DNA of 64,000 bases from Alphaproteobacteria bacterium (GCA_028278105.1 JANQEX010000077.1:2030-66029); one strand, 5' to 3'. Shown: positions 9,104-20,493, counted from the stretch's first letter. Program-made: numbers and translations. Notes: generated by a model not told the origin, from the letters alone.

Positions 9104-10315
9104 ATGGCCTGTCCGTTTCTTACGCTTGATGATATTGATGTTTCGGAAAAGCGTGTGCTGCTCAGGGGCGACCTGAACACGCCGGTTGAAAACGGCGCGG
9201 TGACCGACACCACCCGCCTGCAAAGGCTTGCCAAAACCATACATGATCTGACCGCCCGCAACGCGAAGGTGATTGTCCTGTCCCATTTCGGCCGCCCGAA
9301 AAACGGGCCCGACCCTTCGGCCTCCCTCAAGGTCGTGGCCGAAGCCTTGCAGCGCGTCGTGGGCCGGAGCGTGGCTTTTTGTCCTGAGACCATCGGCCCG
9401 GCCGCCGCGGCCGCCGTGGAGGCCCTTCCGCCGGGGGGCGTTCTGGTCCTTGAGAACACCCGCTTCCACAAGGAGGAGGAGAAAAACGATCCCGAATTCG
9501 CCCGGCAACTCGCCGGCCTCGGCGATGTGTATGTGAACGACGCCTTTTCCGCTTCGCATCGCGCCCACGCCTCGACCGAGGGCCTGGCGCGCCTTCTGCC
9601 GGCCTGCGCCGGGCGCGACATGGAAGAAGAGCTTTCCACGCTTTCCAGGGCGCTTGACAATCCCGAAAAGCCGGTGATGGCCATCGTGGGCGGGTCAAAA
9701 ATCTCCACCAAGCTGGATGTGCTGAAAAACCTCACCAAAAAAGTGGATATCCTGGTGCTGGGCGGCGGCATGGCCAATACCTTTCTGGCGGCCAAAGGAT
9801 CGGGCGTGGGCAAATCGCTGTGCGAATTCGACATGCTGGATACCGCCCGCGTCATCATGGAGGCCGCGGAGCAAAATAACTGCCGCATCCTCCTGCCCGA
9901 AGACGTGGTGGTGGCGGAGAAGCTGGACGCGCATGCGTCCGCGCAAACGGTTTCGGCGCAGGCCATTCCCGAAACCATGATGGCTCTGGATGTGGGTCCG
10001 GCCACGCGGCGCGCGATCGCGGCGGCCATGGAAAACGCCAAAACGCTTGTCTGGAACGGGCCGCTGGGCGCGTTCGAGTTTCCGCCTTTCGACGAAAGCA
10101 CGGCGAGCCTTGCCAGGGTGATCGCCGCGCGCACGCGCATGGGCAAGCTTTTGTCGGTGGCGGGCGGCGGCGACACGGTCGCGGCGCTGAACGCCGCGGG
10201 CGTGACGGCCAAATTCAGCTATGTGTCGGCCGCCGGGGGCGCCTTCCTTGAATGGATGGAAGGGCGCGCCCTTCCCGGCGTCGAAATCCTGCGCCGCAAG
10301 AAGGCGGCGGCTTGA
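9104..10315 (+). CDS. pgk: Phosphoglycerate kinase
   Basis: 403-aa ORF with Pgk signatures (RGDLNTP, VLSHFGRP, GGGMANTFL, GGGD). Confidence 0.9.
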   Translation: MACPFLTLDDIDVSEKRVLLRGDLNTPVENGAVTDTTRLQRLAKTIHDLTARNAKVIVLSHFGRPKNGPDPSASLKVVAEALQRVVGRSVAFCPETIGPAAAAAVEALPPGGVLVLENTRFHKEEEKNDPEFARQLAGLGDVYVNDAFSASHRAHASTEGLARLLPACAGRDMEEELSTLSRALDNPEKPVMAIVGGSKISTKLDVLKNLTKKVDILVLGGGMANTFLAAKGSGVGKSLCEFDMLDTARVIMEAAEQNNCRILLPEDVVVAEKLDAHASAQTVSAQAIPETMMALDVGPATRRAIAAAMENAKTLVWNGPLGAFEFPPFDESTASLARVIAARTRMGKLLSVAGGGDTVAALNAAGVTAKFSYVSAAGGAFLEWMEGRALPGVEILRRKKAAA

Positions 10316-11292
10316 CGGCGGAGCGGCGGATCAACCTTGCCCTGCAAGGCGGCGGCGCGCACGGCGCCTTTACCTGGGGCGTGTTGCACGCCTTGCTGGA
10401 AGACCGGCGGGTATCCTTTCGCGCCATAAGCGGCGCCTCCGCCGGCGCGCTGAACGCGGCGGTGATGGCCACGGGCCTCCTCGAAAGCCGGGAGAAGGCC
10501 ATGCGCCTGCTGGAGGATTTCTGGCGCGGGATCAGCGCCGCCAGTCCTTTCGGCGCTTTGTCCGCCTCCCGCCCGCCGCAGGCGTTTGGTTTTCAGGAAG
10601 GCCGGACGGCGAAAGGCGTGATGCAGGGGCTGGAGGCGCTTTCGCAGTTGTTTTCGCCCGGTCCGCATCCTGCGTCCATCCGCAATCCCCTGCGGCCCAT
10701 CCTGGCCGGATTTGTCGATTTCGGGGGTTTGCGAAGCCGCCCGGTTCCGGCCCTTCACGTCGCGGCCACCGATGTGCGCAAGGGATGCGCGCGCATCTTC
10801 GGCAATGCCGGACTTTCGGTGGAGGCGCTTCTGGCGTCCGCCTGCCTGCCGCAGTTGTTTCCGGCGGTGGAGATCGACGGCGCGCATTACTGGGACGGCG
10901 GCTTCACCGCCAACCCGCCGCTGCTTCCGCTGGCGCAGGACCGGAATACGCCCGACATCCTGATCGTGCGGATTAACGCCCTGGCCACGGACACGCTGCC
11001 GCGAACGGGACCTGCCATCGCCGGACGCCTGGGCGCCATTTGCTTCAACGCGCCGCTTCTGGCCGAATGGCGCGGCCTGTCGGGCCGGCCGGACCTTTTC
11101 TTTCACGCCATCGCCGATGACGAGCTGATGGCCATGCTCCCGCCGGAAAGCAAGCTTACGCCCGGCTGGGATTTTCTTTTGCGCCTTCATGACGCGGGCT
11201 ACCGGCGCGGGCGCGTGTGGCTGGAAGAAAATTATGACTTCCTTGGACAGAGAAGCACCGTGCAGCCGGAGACGCTGCTGGACATGGATTAG
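10312..11292 (+). CDS. Patatin-like phospholipase
   Basis: GGGAHGAF oxyanion motif, GASAGA serine hydrolase motif and the catalytic Asp region (DGG). The chosen start is TTG at 10312, overlapping the pgk stop (in-frame upstream codons lie inside pgk). The stop TAG is provided by the MITE terminus at 11290. Confidence 0.75.
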   Translation: MTAERRINLALQGGGAHGAFTWGVLHALLEDRRVSFRAISGASAGALNAAVMATGLLESREKAMRLLEDFWRGISAASPFGALSASRPPQAFGFQEGRTAKGVMQGLEALSQLFSPGPHPASIRNPLRPILAGFVDFGGLRSRPVPALHVAATDVRKGCARIFGNAGLSVEALLASACLPQLFPAVEIDGAHYWDGGFTANPPLLPLAQDRNTPDILIVRINALATDTLPRTGPAIAGRLGAICFNAPLLAEWRGLSGRPDLFFHAIADDELMAMLPPESKLTPGWDFLLRLHDAGYRRGRVWLEENYDFLGQRSTVQPETLLDMD

Positions 11293-11542
11293 GTTCAATG
11301 GACAATTACCAACACGAACATTCCCGCCCCCGCCTGTCCGCCTCCGCAAGCTCCGGCGCGACGGGTGCGCCAAGACCTCGGCGGTGCCGCAGGCGAAGCC
11401 GGGCGCGGGGGCAGGCTCCGGCGGGAATCCCATTTATTTTCAGGAACAAATTGGATTCCGGGTCGTGGTTGCTGCGCAACCTTGCCCGGAATGTTCATTT
11501 AGTCTTTTCAATGACTCGAGTTTAATTGTCCATTGAACCTAG
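11290..11542. mobile_element. MITE-A copy with a REP2 element nested at the hairpin apex
   Basis: TIR TAGGTTCAATGGACAATTACC...GTTTAATTGTCCATTGAACCTAG. A ~96-bp REP2 palindrome (CCCCGCCTGTCCGCCTCCGCAAGCTCCGGCGCGACGGG...GCAGGCGAAGCCGGGCGCGGGGGCAGGCTCCGGCG) is inserted between CATTCCCGC and GGGAATCCC, the same site as in the copy at 50070. Confidence 0.8.
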
Positions 11543-11554
11543 AGCATACAGGCG

Positions 11555-12802
11555 TCATTCGCCCATATGGGCCGGTTTGTCCGGTATATCCATCATCGGT
11601 GGCGCGTCGGGGCAGGCCTGGGGCGGCAGGACAAGCTCTTCCGGCGGCATCGAATGGACGACGCGGAACAGGTCGAATGGCCCGCCGCGGTCTTCGGGCT
11701 TTTTGCTGGACAAAAGATTCAGGCGGTGAATCACCACCCCGTCGCGCCGCACATGACCCCCGTCGAAAAGGCTGTCGCGCAAGGGGCGCGCGCGCATCTG
11801 CGCCAGGACCGCGCCGGCCGCCGTCCGGCCCTGGGCCGCGTCCACCGCCTGGAGATAATGCCGGACGGCCGAATAGACCGATGCGTGAATGGCGGTCGGC
11901 ATCATGCCGCGGTTGCGCCCGGCAAACCGTTTGGCGAAGGCGCGGGTATGGTCGTTCTGGTCCCAGTAGAAAGAGGCCAGGGTGTAAAAAGGCGGCATGG
12001 GAACACGCTTCAAGTCATACAGGTCGCTGAATGGAAGACTGCCGAAAGCCAGCGGGGGCGTCCGCCCGTCGGGCGGCGGCGGCCAGCGCCGGAGCAGGTG
12101 CAGGATTTCGGGCCGCTCGAAAGAAAGCAGAACAATGTCGGCTTCCGTTTTCCGTATCTGCGCGGCAATGGCGCGAAGCCCCCCCATGCGGCGCCTTAAA
12201 TAAGCTTCGCCAACAATCTCGGCGCCGAATGTCCGCAGCATCCCCTTGGCCGACGCGGCAAGCCAAGCCGCATGGGGATTCTCGCCCCCCAGAATGAACC
12301 AGCGCCGCTTGCCTTCGGCCACAAGCGCGCGGATCAGGTTTTCCGTCATGGTGTCGCGGCCATAGAGCCAGTGAAGGGCGGTGCCTTCACAGGACACCGA
12401 CGCGGCTTCCGGTCGCCGCGGTGTGCTGGTCAGGAGAATCTTTCCTTCCCGGTGGAACAAACCCCGTAGCCGGGCGGCGATGGCGGCGTTGGGAACATCC
12501 GCCACCATGTCGATATTCTGCCGCCGGATCCAGTCCCGGCTGATATGCCGCGCGAGGCCGCCGCGGCTCTGGTAGTCGGCGGTGACGATGGTCACGCGCA
12601 GGCCGGTGGCGGCGCGGACATCCTCGGCGGCCATGGTCGCGGCCTCAATGGAGCCGCGCCCGGCCGCGCCCGCCATGCTGCCCGAAAGGTCGGTCAGCAC
12701 GCCGATGCGGATCACGCCGTCTTCCGCTAGGGCCGGGGAGGCAAGGGCGCCAGACGCAAACAAAGCGCCGCAGAAGAACAAAAGGACCAAAAGCCGTCGC
12801 AT
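11555..12802 (-). CDS. ABC transporter periplasmic substrate-binding protein (type I PBP, branched-chain amino acid/LivK-like family)
   Basis: 415-aa ORF with an N-terminal signal peptide (MRRLLVLLFFCGALFASGALASPALA) and a type I periplasmic-binding-protein fold signature (IRIGVLTDLSGSMAG...). Confidence 0.65.
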   Translation of the reverse strand: MRRLLVLLFFCGALFASGALASPALAEDGVIRIGVLTDLSGSMAGAAGRGSIEAATMAAEDVRAATGLRVTIVTADYQSRGGLARHISRDWIRRQNIDMVADVPNAAIAARLRGLFHREGKILLTSTPRRPEAASVSCEGTALHWLYGRDTMTENLIRALVAEGKRRWFILGGENPHAAWLAASAKGMLRTFGAEIVGEAYLRRRMGGLRAIAAQIRKTEADIVLLSFERPEILHLLRRWPPPPDGRTPPLAFGSLPFSDLYDLKRVPMPPFYTLASFYWDQNDHTRAFAKRFAGRNRGMMPTAIHASVYSAVRHYLQAVDAAQGRTAAGAVLAQMRARPLRDSLFDGGHVRRDGVVIHRLNLLSSKKPEDRGGPFDLFRVVHSMPPEELVLPPQACPDAPPMMDIPDKPAHMGE

Positions 12803-12928
12803 CCCGGCAAGCTAGGAACAGTTTTTGGCGAATTGGAGGCCAAAAGCAGACAGAAGAACAAGGATGTTCTTGAAATGTTGGCGGTCAGACCCTAAACCAG
12901 CAGGGTTCCTGTAACCTGGTTCCCGGAC

Positions 12929-14611
12929 ATGGCTTCCTACCAGTATATTTACGTGATGAAGGGCCTGAACAAGGCCTGGCCCGGCGGCAAGACGGTGCTG
13001 AGCGACATCTGGCTGTCCTTCCTGCCGGGGGCGAAGATCGGCGTTCTGGGCGTAAACGGCGCGGGCAAGTCCACGCTGATGCGCATCATGGCGGGGATCG
13101 ACACCGACTTTACCGGAGAGGCCTGGGCGGCCGAAGGAGCCACGGTCGGCTATCTGCCACAGGAACCGCGGCTTGATCCCGCCCGGAATGTTGAGCAGAA
13201 CATCATGCAGGCGCTTGGCGCGAGCCTGGATCTGGTCAGGCGGTTCGAGGAAGTCTCGGCGAAGCTCGGCGAAGTCACCGATGAAAATGAAATGACCGCG
13301 CTCATCGAAGAGCAGGCGGACTTGCAGGAAAAGATCGACGCCGCCGGCGCGTGGGATCTCTCGCGCACGGTCGGAATCGCCATGGACGCGCTGCGCTGCC
13401 CGCCGGGCGACGCCGATGTTGCGAAGCTTTCGGGCGGGGAGCGCCGCCGCGTGGCGCTGGCCCGCCTGTTGCTGCAAAAGCCGGACCTGCTGCTGCTGGA
13501 CGAGCCCACCAACCATCTGGACGCCGACAGCGTGGCGTGGCTCCAGCGCTTTTTGCGCGAATACGCGGGCACGGTGGTGATGGTCACCCATGACCGCTAT
13601 TTTCTTGACGAGGTCACCGGCTGGATTCTTGAGCTGGACCGCGGATCGGGCATCCCCTATCAGGGCAATTATTCGGCCTGGCTGGAGCAAAAACAGAAAA
13701 GGCTGGAGCAGGAGCAACGCGAGGAAGGCGCGCGGCAAAGGGTTCTCGCGCGCGAGCTGGAGTGGATCCGCCAAAGCCCCCGCGCCCGGCAGGCCAAAAG
13801 CAAGGCGCGCATCACGGCCTATGAAAATCTGGTCCGGCAAAGCCAGGAAAAAGCACCCGACACGGCGGCCATCGCCATTCCCGTTCCGCCCAAGCTTGGC
13901 GAGAACGTGATCGAGGCGCGGAAAATTTCCAAGGCTTATGGCGACCGTCTGCTGATCGATGATCTGTCTTTTCGCCTGCCGCCGGGCGGCATCGTGGGCG
14001 TGATCGGTCCGAACGGCGCGGGAAAAACAACCCTGTTCCGCATGATTACGGGACAGGAAAAGCCGGATGCCGGCGTCTTCAAGGTCGGGGAATCGGTGGC
14101 GCTGGGCTATGTGGACCAGAGCCGCGACAGCCTGGACGGCAAAAAAACGGTGTGGGAAGAAATCTCCGGCGGGCACGATGTGCTGGACCTCGGCCCGCGC
14201 AGGCAGGTGCCAAGCCGCGCCTATGTGTCCAGCTTCAATTTCAAGGGGCCGGACCAGCAGAAGAAAGTCGGCGTGCTGTCGGGCGGCGAGCGCAACCGCG
14301 TGCATCTGGCCCGGATGCTGAAATCCGGCGCGAATGTCATCCTGCTGGACGAACCGACGAACGACCTTGACGTCGACACGCTTCGCGTGCTGGAAGAGGC
14401 CTTGAGCGATTTCGCCGGCTGCGCCGTCATCATCAGCCACGACCGCTGGTTTCTTGACCGCATCGCCACGCATATCCTCAGCTTCGAGGGCGACAGCCAT
14501 GTGGAATGGTTCGAAGGCAATTATCAGGATTACGAAGCCGACCGCCGCCGGCGTTTGGGCGCCGAGGCCGACCAGCCCCACCGCATCAAGTACAAGCCGC
14601 TGACGCGGTGA
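12929..14611 (+). CDS. ettA: Energy-dependent translational throttle protein EttA (ABC-F ATPase)
   Basis: 560-aa ORF with two ABC ATPase domains (Walker [10 protein letters not shown] and GPNGAGKTT; LSGGE signatures) and the EttA-specific N-terminus [21 protein letters not shown]. Confidence 0.9.
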   Translation: MASYQYIYVMKGLNKAWPGGKTVLSDIWLSFLPGAKIGVLGVNGAGKSTLMRIMAGIDTDFTGEAWAAEGATVGYLPQEPRLDPARNVEQNIMQALGASLDLVRRFEEVSAKLGEVTDENEMTALIEEQADLQEKIDAAGAWDLSRTVGIAMDALRCPPGDADVAKLSGGERRRVALARLLLQKPDLLLLDEPTNHLDADSVAWLQRFLREYAGTVVMVTHDRYFLDEVTGWILELDRGSGIPYQGNYSAWLEQKQKRLEQEQREEGARQRVLARELEWIRQSPRARQAKSKARITAYENLVRQSQEKAPDTAAIAIPVPPKLGENVIEARKISKAYGDRLLIDDLSFRLPPGGIVGVIGPNGAGKTTLFRMITGQEKPDAGVFKVGESVALGYVDQSRDSLDGKKTVWEEISGGHDVLDLGPRRQVPSRAYVSSFNFKGPDQQKKVGVLSGGERNRVHLARMLKSGANVILLDEPTNDLDVDTLRVLEEALSDFAGCAVIISHDRWFLDRIATHILSFEGDSHVEWFEGNYQDYEADRRRRLGAEADQPHRIKYKPLTR

Positions 14612-14631
14612 AGCCGGGGGTTGTGCCGGAC

Positions 14632-14922
14632 ATGAAACGCGCTAGTTTTGAATGGGATGATGCCAAGAACCGCGTCAATCTTGAAAAGCATGGTGTAGCC
14701 TTCAAGGATGCCCAGGAAGCATTTTTCGACCCGGATAGGATTATCTTTCGTGATCTGGAGCACGAAAAAAGCGAAAAACGTTTCTTTTGTTTGGGACTGG
14801 TCAAGGACCGGGTCATGACCGTAAGATTTACAATGCGTCGCAAGCAAATACGCATATTCGGCGCGGGTTACTGGAGACAGGGCAGGAAACGCTATGAGGA
14901 AGAAAACGGGATACGCCGATGA
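14632..14922 (+). CDS. brnT: BrnT-family toxin (DUF497 ribonuclease)
   Basis: 96-aa ORF MKRASFEWDDAKNRVNLEKHGVAFKDAQEAFFDP...RIFGAGYW matching the DUF497/BrnT signature. Immediately followed by an overlapping antitoxin gene. Confidence 0.8.
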   Translation: MKRASFEWDDAKNRVNLEKHGVAFKDAQEAFFDPDRIIFRDLEHEKSEKRFFCLGLVKDRVMTVRFTMRRKQIRIFGAGYWRQGRKRYEEENGIRR

Positions 14923-15130
14923 GCCTTTAAAATTCGGAAAAAGGGTGAAGGACTTTCTTCCCCCGCCCTCCGAATTGGTAAGGCGCGGGCAGACGGAACA
15001 GGTTACTCTTGAACTCAGCCGCAGCAGCCTTGATTTTTTCAGGAAGCGCGCGCGGCGCGGCGGTGTGCCTTTCCGCCGGATGCTCAGCGGGCTGATAGAT
15101 GCCTACGCGCGCAAGCATGATTCAGCCTGA
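14894..15130 (+). CDS. brnA: BrnA-family antitoxin
   Basis: 78-aa ORF overlapping the brnT 3' end by 29 nt, with a C-terminal ribbon-helix-helix-like region (RRGGVPFRRMLSGLIDAYARKH). Typical brnT-brnA operon order. Confidence 0.75.
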   Translation: MRKKTGYADEPLKFGKRVKDFLPPPSELVRRGQTEQVTLELSRSSLDFFRKRARRGGVPFRRMLSGLIDAYARKHDSA

Positions 15131-15200
15131 AGCCGGCCCCACCGCATCAAATACAAGCCGCTGACGCGGTAAAAATGGAGAATGTTCTATAGGAAAGCCC

Positions 15201-17048
15201 ATGACGGAAAATTCATCCCAACCCCAGCCCTTTCAGGCCGAAGTCGGGCGGCTGCTCGACATCGTGGTGCATGCGCTCTACAGCCAGAAGGAAATCTTCC
15301 TGCGCGAGCTGATCTCGAACGCCGCCGATGCCTGCGATCATCTGCGTTATCTGGCGTTGTCCGAGCCCGGACTCGGGCCGCAAAAATACGCCATTCATCT
15401 TGTCGTGAATGAGGAGGAGGGCACGCTCACCGTCTCCGACAACGGCGTCGGCATGAACCGCGAGGAGTTGCAGCAGAATCTTGGCACCATCGCGCGTTCG
15501 GGGACCAAGGCGTTTCTGGAGCGGCTTTCGGGCGACGCCAAAAAAGACATCAACCTGATCGGCCAGTTCGGCGTGGGCTTTTATTCGGCCTTCATGGTGG
15601 CGGACCATGTGAAGGTCATCAGCAAAAAGGCGGGGGACGCGGCGACCCATTGCTGGGAGTCCGACGGCAAGGGCGCGTTCACCCTTGCCGAAACCGCGAA
15701 AAACCTGCCCGGCACCGATGTGGTGCTGCGTCTCAAAAGCGAGGCGCGCGAATTTCTGGACGAGCCGCGCCTGAAACAGGTGGTGCAGGCCTATTCCGAC
15801 CACATCCCCGTGCCCATCTTTTTTGGCGAGGATGAATCCACCCGCCTCAACCGCGCCGCGGCGCTCTGGATGCGGCCGAAAGCCGGGATCACGGCCGAGG
15901 AATACAAGGAATTTTATCACCACGTCGCGCATGCGTTCGACGAGCCCTCGCTCACCATACACTGGAAGGCGGAAGGGGCGCTGGAATACACCGGACTGCT
16001 GTTCGTGCCGTTCCAGCGGCCCTATGACCTTTTCGATCCGCGCCGCACGGGCCGGGTGAAGCTCTACGTCAAGCGCGTGTTCATCACCGACAATGCCGAA
16101 GGGCTGTTGCCGCCCTGGCTGCGCTTTCTGCGCGGCGTGATCGACAGCGAGGATCTGCCGCTGAACATCAGCCGCGAGATGCTGCAACTGAACCCGGTTC
16201 TGGCCAGGATCCGCTCCGGCGTGACGCGGCGCGTACTTTCCGAATTGCAGAAAATGGCGGAGGAGAAAGAGAAATACGCCGCCTTCTGGGACAAATACGG
16301 GGCCATCATCAAGGAAGGCCTCTACGATGATTACGACTTCCGCGACGACATTTTCAAACTCTTCCGCGCCAGTTCCACGAAAGGCGAGGGCGTGTCGCTT
16401 GAGGAGTACCTGTCGCGCATGCCGGAATCGCAGGACTGCATCTATTTCATCACCGGCGATAACGCGGCCATGCTCAAATCCAGCCCGCAGCTTGAGGGCT
16501 TCCGCGCCCGCGGCATCGAGGTGCTTTTGCTCAGCGACGCCATCGACGACTTCTGGGTATCGGCGGTGGGGTCCTATAAGGAAAAGCCGTTCAAATCCGC
16601 CACGCGGGGCGAGGCAAAGCTGGATGATATCAAAAAACCCGAAGAGCCGCCCGCCGAAAGGCCGCCCGCGCCGTCCACCGAGGCTCTCATTAAATCGCTG
16701 AAGGAAATTTTTGGCGAGGCGGTGACCGATATACGTCCCTCGCCGCGCCTGACCGAAAGCGCGGTCTGCCTCGTGGCGGGCGATGGCGACGTGGATATTC
16801 ACCTGGAGCGTCTGTTGCGCCAGAACAAGGCGCTGGGCTACGCGCCCCGGCGCGTGCTGGAAATCAATCCCGCGCACAGCCTCATCCGCCGCATGGCGGA
16901 GATGGCCGAAAAGGGCGAAAAAGAGCCGCTGGCCGATCTTGGCTGGCTGCTGCTGGATCAGGCCCGTCTTCTGGAGGGCGAGCCGCTTTCCGACCCGCGG
17001 GCCTTCTCGCAACGTTTGACTCGACTCGCCGAAAAAGCGGTGGCATGA
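15201..17048 (+). CDS. htpG: Molecular chaperone HtpG (Hsp90)
   Basis: 615-aa ORF with GHKL ATPase motifs ([32 protein letters not shown]) and Hsp90 middle and C-terminal domains. Confidence 0.9.
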   Translation: MTENSSQPQPFQAEVGRLLDIVVHALYSQKEIFLRELISNAADACDHLRYLALSEPGLGPQKYAIHLVVNEEEGTLTVSDNGVGMNREELQQNLGTIARSGTKAFLERLSGDAKKDINLIGQFGVGFYSAFMVADHVKVISKKAGDAATHCWESDGKGAFTLAETAKNLPGTDVVLRLKSEAREFLDEPRLKQVVQAYSDHIPVPIFFGEDESTRLNRAAALWMRPKAGITAEEYKEFYHHVAHAFDEPSLTIHWKAEGALEYTGLLFVPFQRPYDLFDPRRTGRVKLYVKRVFITDNAEGLLPPWLRFLRGVIDSEDLPLNISREMLQLNPVLARIRSGVTRRVLSELQKMAEEKEKYAAFWDKYGAIIKEGLYDDYDFRDDIFKLFRASSTKGEGVSLEEYLSRMPESQDCIYFITGDNAAMLKSSPQLEGFRARGIEVLLLSDAIDDFWVSAVGSYKEKPFKSATRGEAKLDDIKKPEEPPAERPPAPSTEALIKSLKEIFGEAVTDIRPSPRLTESAVCLVAGDGDVDIHLERLLRQNKALGYAPRRVLEINPAHSLIRRMAEMAEKGEKEPLADLGWLLLDQARLLEGEPLSDPRAFSQRLTRLAEKAVA

Positions 17049-17130
17049 GTCGGAAATCAGTCATCAGAAATCGGAAGTCAGAAATCGACAACATGTCCGC
17101 GCAAGCGCGCATCCAGCAACAAGGAAAACC

Positions 17131-18354
<1,224 letters not shown>

Positions 18355-18363
18355 AAAAACAGC

Positions 18364-19006
18364 GTCATCCTGAAAGCCGCGAAGCGGCTATTCAGGATCT
18401 CCTTGCCAATGAAGAAATTTGTCGTTTACATCATGACGAACAAAAAATATGGAACGCTTTATATTGGCGTTACGTCAAACTTGTCGCGGCGCTCTTTTGA
18501 ACACAAGAACGGCACGCTTGGCGGCTTTTGCAAAAAATACAATCTGGACAAACTTGTATATTACGAGATCTATGATGAAGCGGTTCCTGCAATAACGAGG
18601 GAAAAGAAACTCAAGTTATGGAAACGTGCATGGAAAATTGAGCTAATTGAAAGCATGAACCCGCAATGGAATGATCTGGTAAATCATTTGATTAATTGAT
18701 CGCACACGCTATGTATCACAAGATCCTGGATAAACCTCGCCGCCATGCGGCTCGGTTTTCCAGGATGACGTTTTTTATTTCTTGCCCACCGGAACCTTCC
18801 CCCGCGACCCGGCTTCGCTAAAGTGACGCCGGGCCGTTTTTCAAGCTCGTCCTGTGGAGCCGAAGGCGGTGCGGAATTCTGACAAACAGCGTCATCCTGG
18901 AAAACCGAGCCGCATGGCGGCGAGGTTTATCCAGGATCTCGTTGCATGTATTGCTTCACCGGTAAAGATATCCTGAACAGCCGCTTCGCGGCTTTCAGGA
19001 TGACGT
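18364..19006. repeat. AT-rich cassette bounded by inverted family-6 hairpin repeats (GTCATCCTG...CAGGATCTC), carrying a GIY-YIG gene plus inner palindromes
   Basis: Outer pair: 18364-18401 and its reverse complement 18968-19006. Inner pair: 18722-18770 and its exact reverse complement 18891-18940, flanking a REP3 copy (18782-18860). GC drops sharply across 18403-18720. Confidence 0.6.
18409..18699 (+). CDS. GIY-YIG nuclease family protein (COG2827-like, ~96 aa)
   Basis: KKFVVYIMTNKKYGTLYIGVTSNLSRRSFEHKNG carries the GIY...YIG...R...E core. Codon usage is AT-rich, unlike the neighbouring genes. The start was chosen at ATG 18409 (the track ORF begins at TTG 18403). Confidence 0.7.
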   Translation: MKKFVVYIMTNKKYGTLYIGVTSNLSRRSFEHKNGTLGGFCKKYNLDKLVYYEIYDEAVPAITREKKLKLWKRAWKIELIESMNPQWNDLVNHLIN

Positions 19007-19011
19007 TCTCG

Positions 19012-19872
19012 TTATCGTTCCTTTGCCGCCTTCAGCGTGTTGGCCATCAGGCAGGCGATGGTCATGGGTCCCACGCCGCCGGGCACGGGGGTGATGGCGC
19101 GGGCCCTTTCTTTCGCGGCGTCGAATTCCACGTCGCCGGTCAGCCCGGACTGGCCGCCGGGCCGGGCGATGCGGTTGATGCCCACGTCGATCACAATCGC
19201 GCCGTCCTTGATCCACGATCCTTTAATCATCTGCGGCCGGCCCACGGCGGCTACCAGAATATCGGCGCGGGCGCAGACATCGGGCAGATCGCGCGTGCGT
19301 GAATGGGCGATGGTCACGGTGCAGTTGGCCGCCAGCAGCAGTTGCGCCACCGGCTTGCCCACGATGTTCGAACGGCCGACGACCACGGCGTTCAGCCCCT
19401 CAGGCTGGCTTTCCACCTCCTGAATCAGGCGCATGCAGCCCAAGGGCGTGCAGGGCGCGAGGCCGGGGCGGCCGGAGGCCAGCAATCCCGCGTTCACGGG
19501 ATGGAACCCGTCCACATCCTTGCGCGGGTCCACCGCCATCAGGACCGTGCCGGCGTCCATGGTTTCGGGCAGAGGCAGTTGCACCAGAATGCCGTGCACG
19601 GCCGCATCGGCATTCAGCCTGCCGATCAGTGCCAGCAGTTCGTCTTGAGATGTATTGGCGGGCAGGTGGTGGGGAAAAGAGGCCATGCCGGCCTCGGCCA
19701 CCGCCTTTTCCTTGTTGCGCACGTAGATTTCGGAGGCCGGATCGTCCCCCACCAACACCACCGCAAGGCCGGGGGTGATGCCCCTGCTTTCCTTGAGTTG
19801 CCTGACGTCTTCCGCCACTCGCGCGCGAAGGGCGGCGCCAAGGGCCTTGCCGTCGATCAACGCCGCCGTCAT
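19012..19872 (-). CDS. folD: Bifunctional methylenetetrahydrofolate dehydrogenase/cyclohydrolase
   Basis: FolD motifs (GKALGAAL..., [31 protein letters not shown]). The track ORF is N-terminally over-extended. The start was chosen at ATG 19872 ([10 protein letters not shown]), giving 286 aa. Confidence 0.85.
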   Translation of the reverse strand: MTAALIDGKALGAALRARVAEDVRQLKESRGITPGLAVVLVGDDPASEIYVRNKEKAVAEAGMASFPHHLPANTSQDELLALIGRLNADAAVHGILVQLPLPETMDAGTVLMAVDPRKDVDGFHPVNAGLLASGRPGLAPCTPLGCMRLIQEVESQPEGLNAVVVGRSNIVGKPVAQLLLAANCTVTIAHSRTRDLPDVCARADILVAAVGRPQMIKGSWIKDGAIVIDVGINRIARPGGQSGLTGDVEFDAAKERARAITPVPGGVGPMTIACLMANTLKAAKER

Positions 19873-20288
19873 CCCGCCACTCCCGGCAGGACAACCGCCT
19901 GGCCAAGGGGCCCGTATTCGCGCAGCAGGCTGCGCACCAAAACGATCAGCAGGTAAAACACAAGGAACGACCAGTCGAACCCGCCCATGGGCGGCAGGTA
20001 GCGGCGGATGGGGCGCAGCAAAGGCTCGAACATGGTTTGCAACGTGCCCCACACCAGGCTGGTGATGCGGCCATAGGGTTTCAGGACGCCGAAAAACACC
20101 AGCAGGCTGAAGATGGCGTAGATCACCATCATCGTTTCCAGAAAACCCAGAAGGATGTCGGTGACATAGAAAAGCGAGTACAAGAGTGCCCCTCCGTTCG
20201 TGCCGGCCCAGTCTCGCAAAGACGGGTTTTCAAGGCAAGGCGGCGCTTGCTTGACAGAAGAGGCGGGGAAGCCATAGAAACAGGGCAC
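19869..20288 (-). CDS. yggT: YggT-family membrane protein (start uncertain)
   Basis: A YggT domain ([15 protein letters not shown]...[26 protein letters not shown]) lies downstream of folD with a 4-nt overlap, as commonly found. The true start is probably internal to the maximal ORF. Confidence 0.55.
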   Translation of the reverse strand: MPCFYGFPASSVKQAPPCLENPSLRDWAGTNGGALLYSLFYVTDILLGFLETMMVIYAIFSLLVFFGVLKPYGRITSLVWGTLQTMFEPLLRPIRRYLPPMGGFDWSFLVFYLLIVLVRSLLREYGPLGQAVVLPGVAG

Positions 20289-20292
20289 GAAA

Positions 20293-20368
20293 GGGCCTGT
20301 AGCTCAGCTGGGAGAGCGCATCGTTCGCAATGATGAGGTCGTCGGTTCGATCCCGATCAGGTCCACCA
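20293..20368 (+). tRNA. tRNA-Ala (anticodon CGC)
   Basis: GGGCCTGTAGCTCAGCTGGGAGAGCGCATCGTTCGCAATGATGAGGTCGTCGGTTCGATCCCGATCAGGTCCACCA folds as a cloverleaf with a G3:U70 alanine identity pair. The anticodon loop is TTCGCAA and CCA is encoded. Confidence 0.85.
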
Positions 20369-20493
20369 GCCTTCGCAAGCGAAGCGCTGCGAAGGCTGCC
20401 GCGCCGTAGCCTGAAAGGCGAAGGCGGGCATTTGCCCCTTTCGCTTGCTACGGCTCGGCAGGCCAGTTCAGTTGTTAGGCTTAGGCCATTCCC

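Noticed and set aside
8771-9568. 265-aa minus-strand ORF overlapping the small membrane ORF and pgk start
   Set aside because: Antisense to pgk and to an RBS-equipped small ORF; no motifs.
10219-11433. 404-aa minus-strand ORF
   Set aside because: Antisense to the patatin gene and reading through a MITE; Arg-rich nonsense.
12812-14581. 589-aa ORF on the minus strand
   Set aside because: Entirely antisense to ettA, whose ABC-F motifs are unambiguous. High-GC genomes generate long stop-free antisense frames, and the product is low-complexity Arg/Ala/Gly-rich.
15213-17012. 599-aa minus-strand ORF
   Set aside because: Antisense to htpG; no motifs, same GC artefact.
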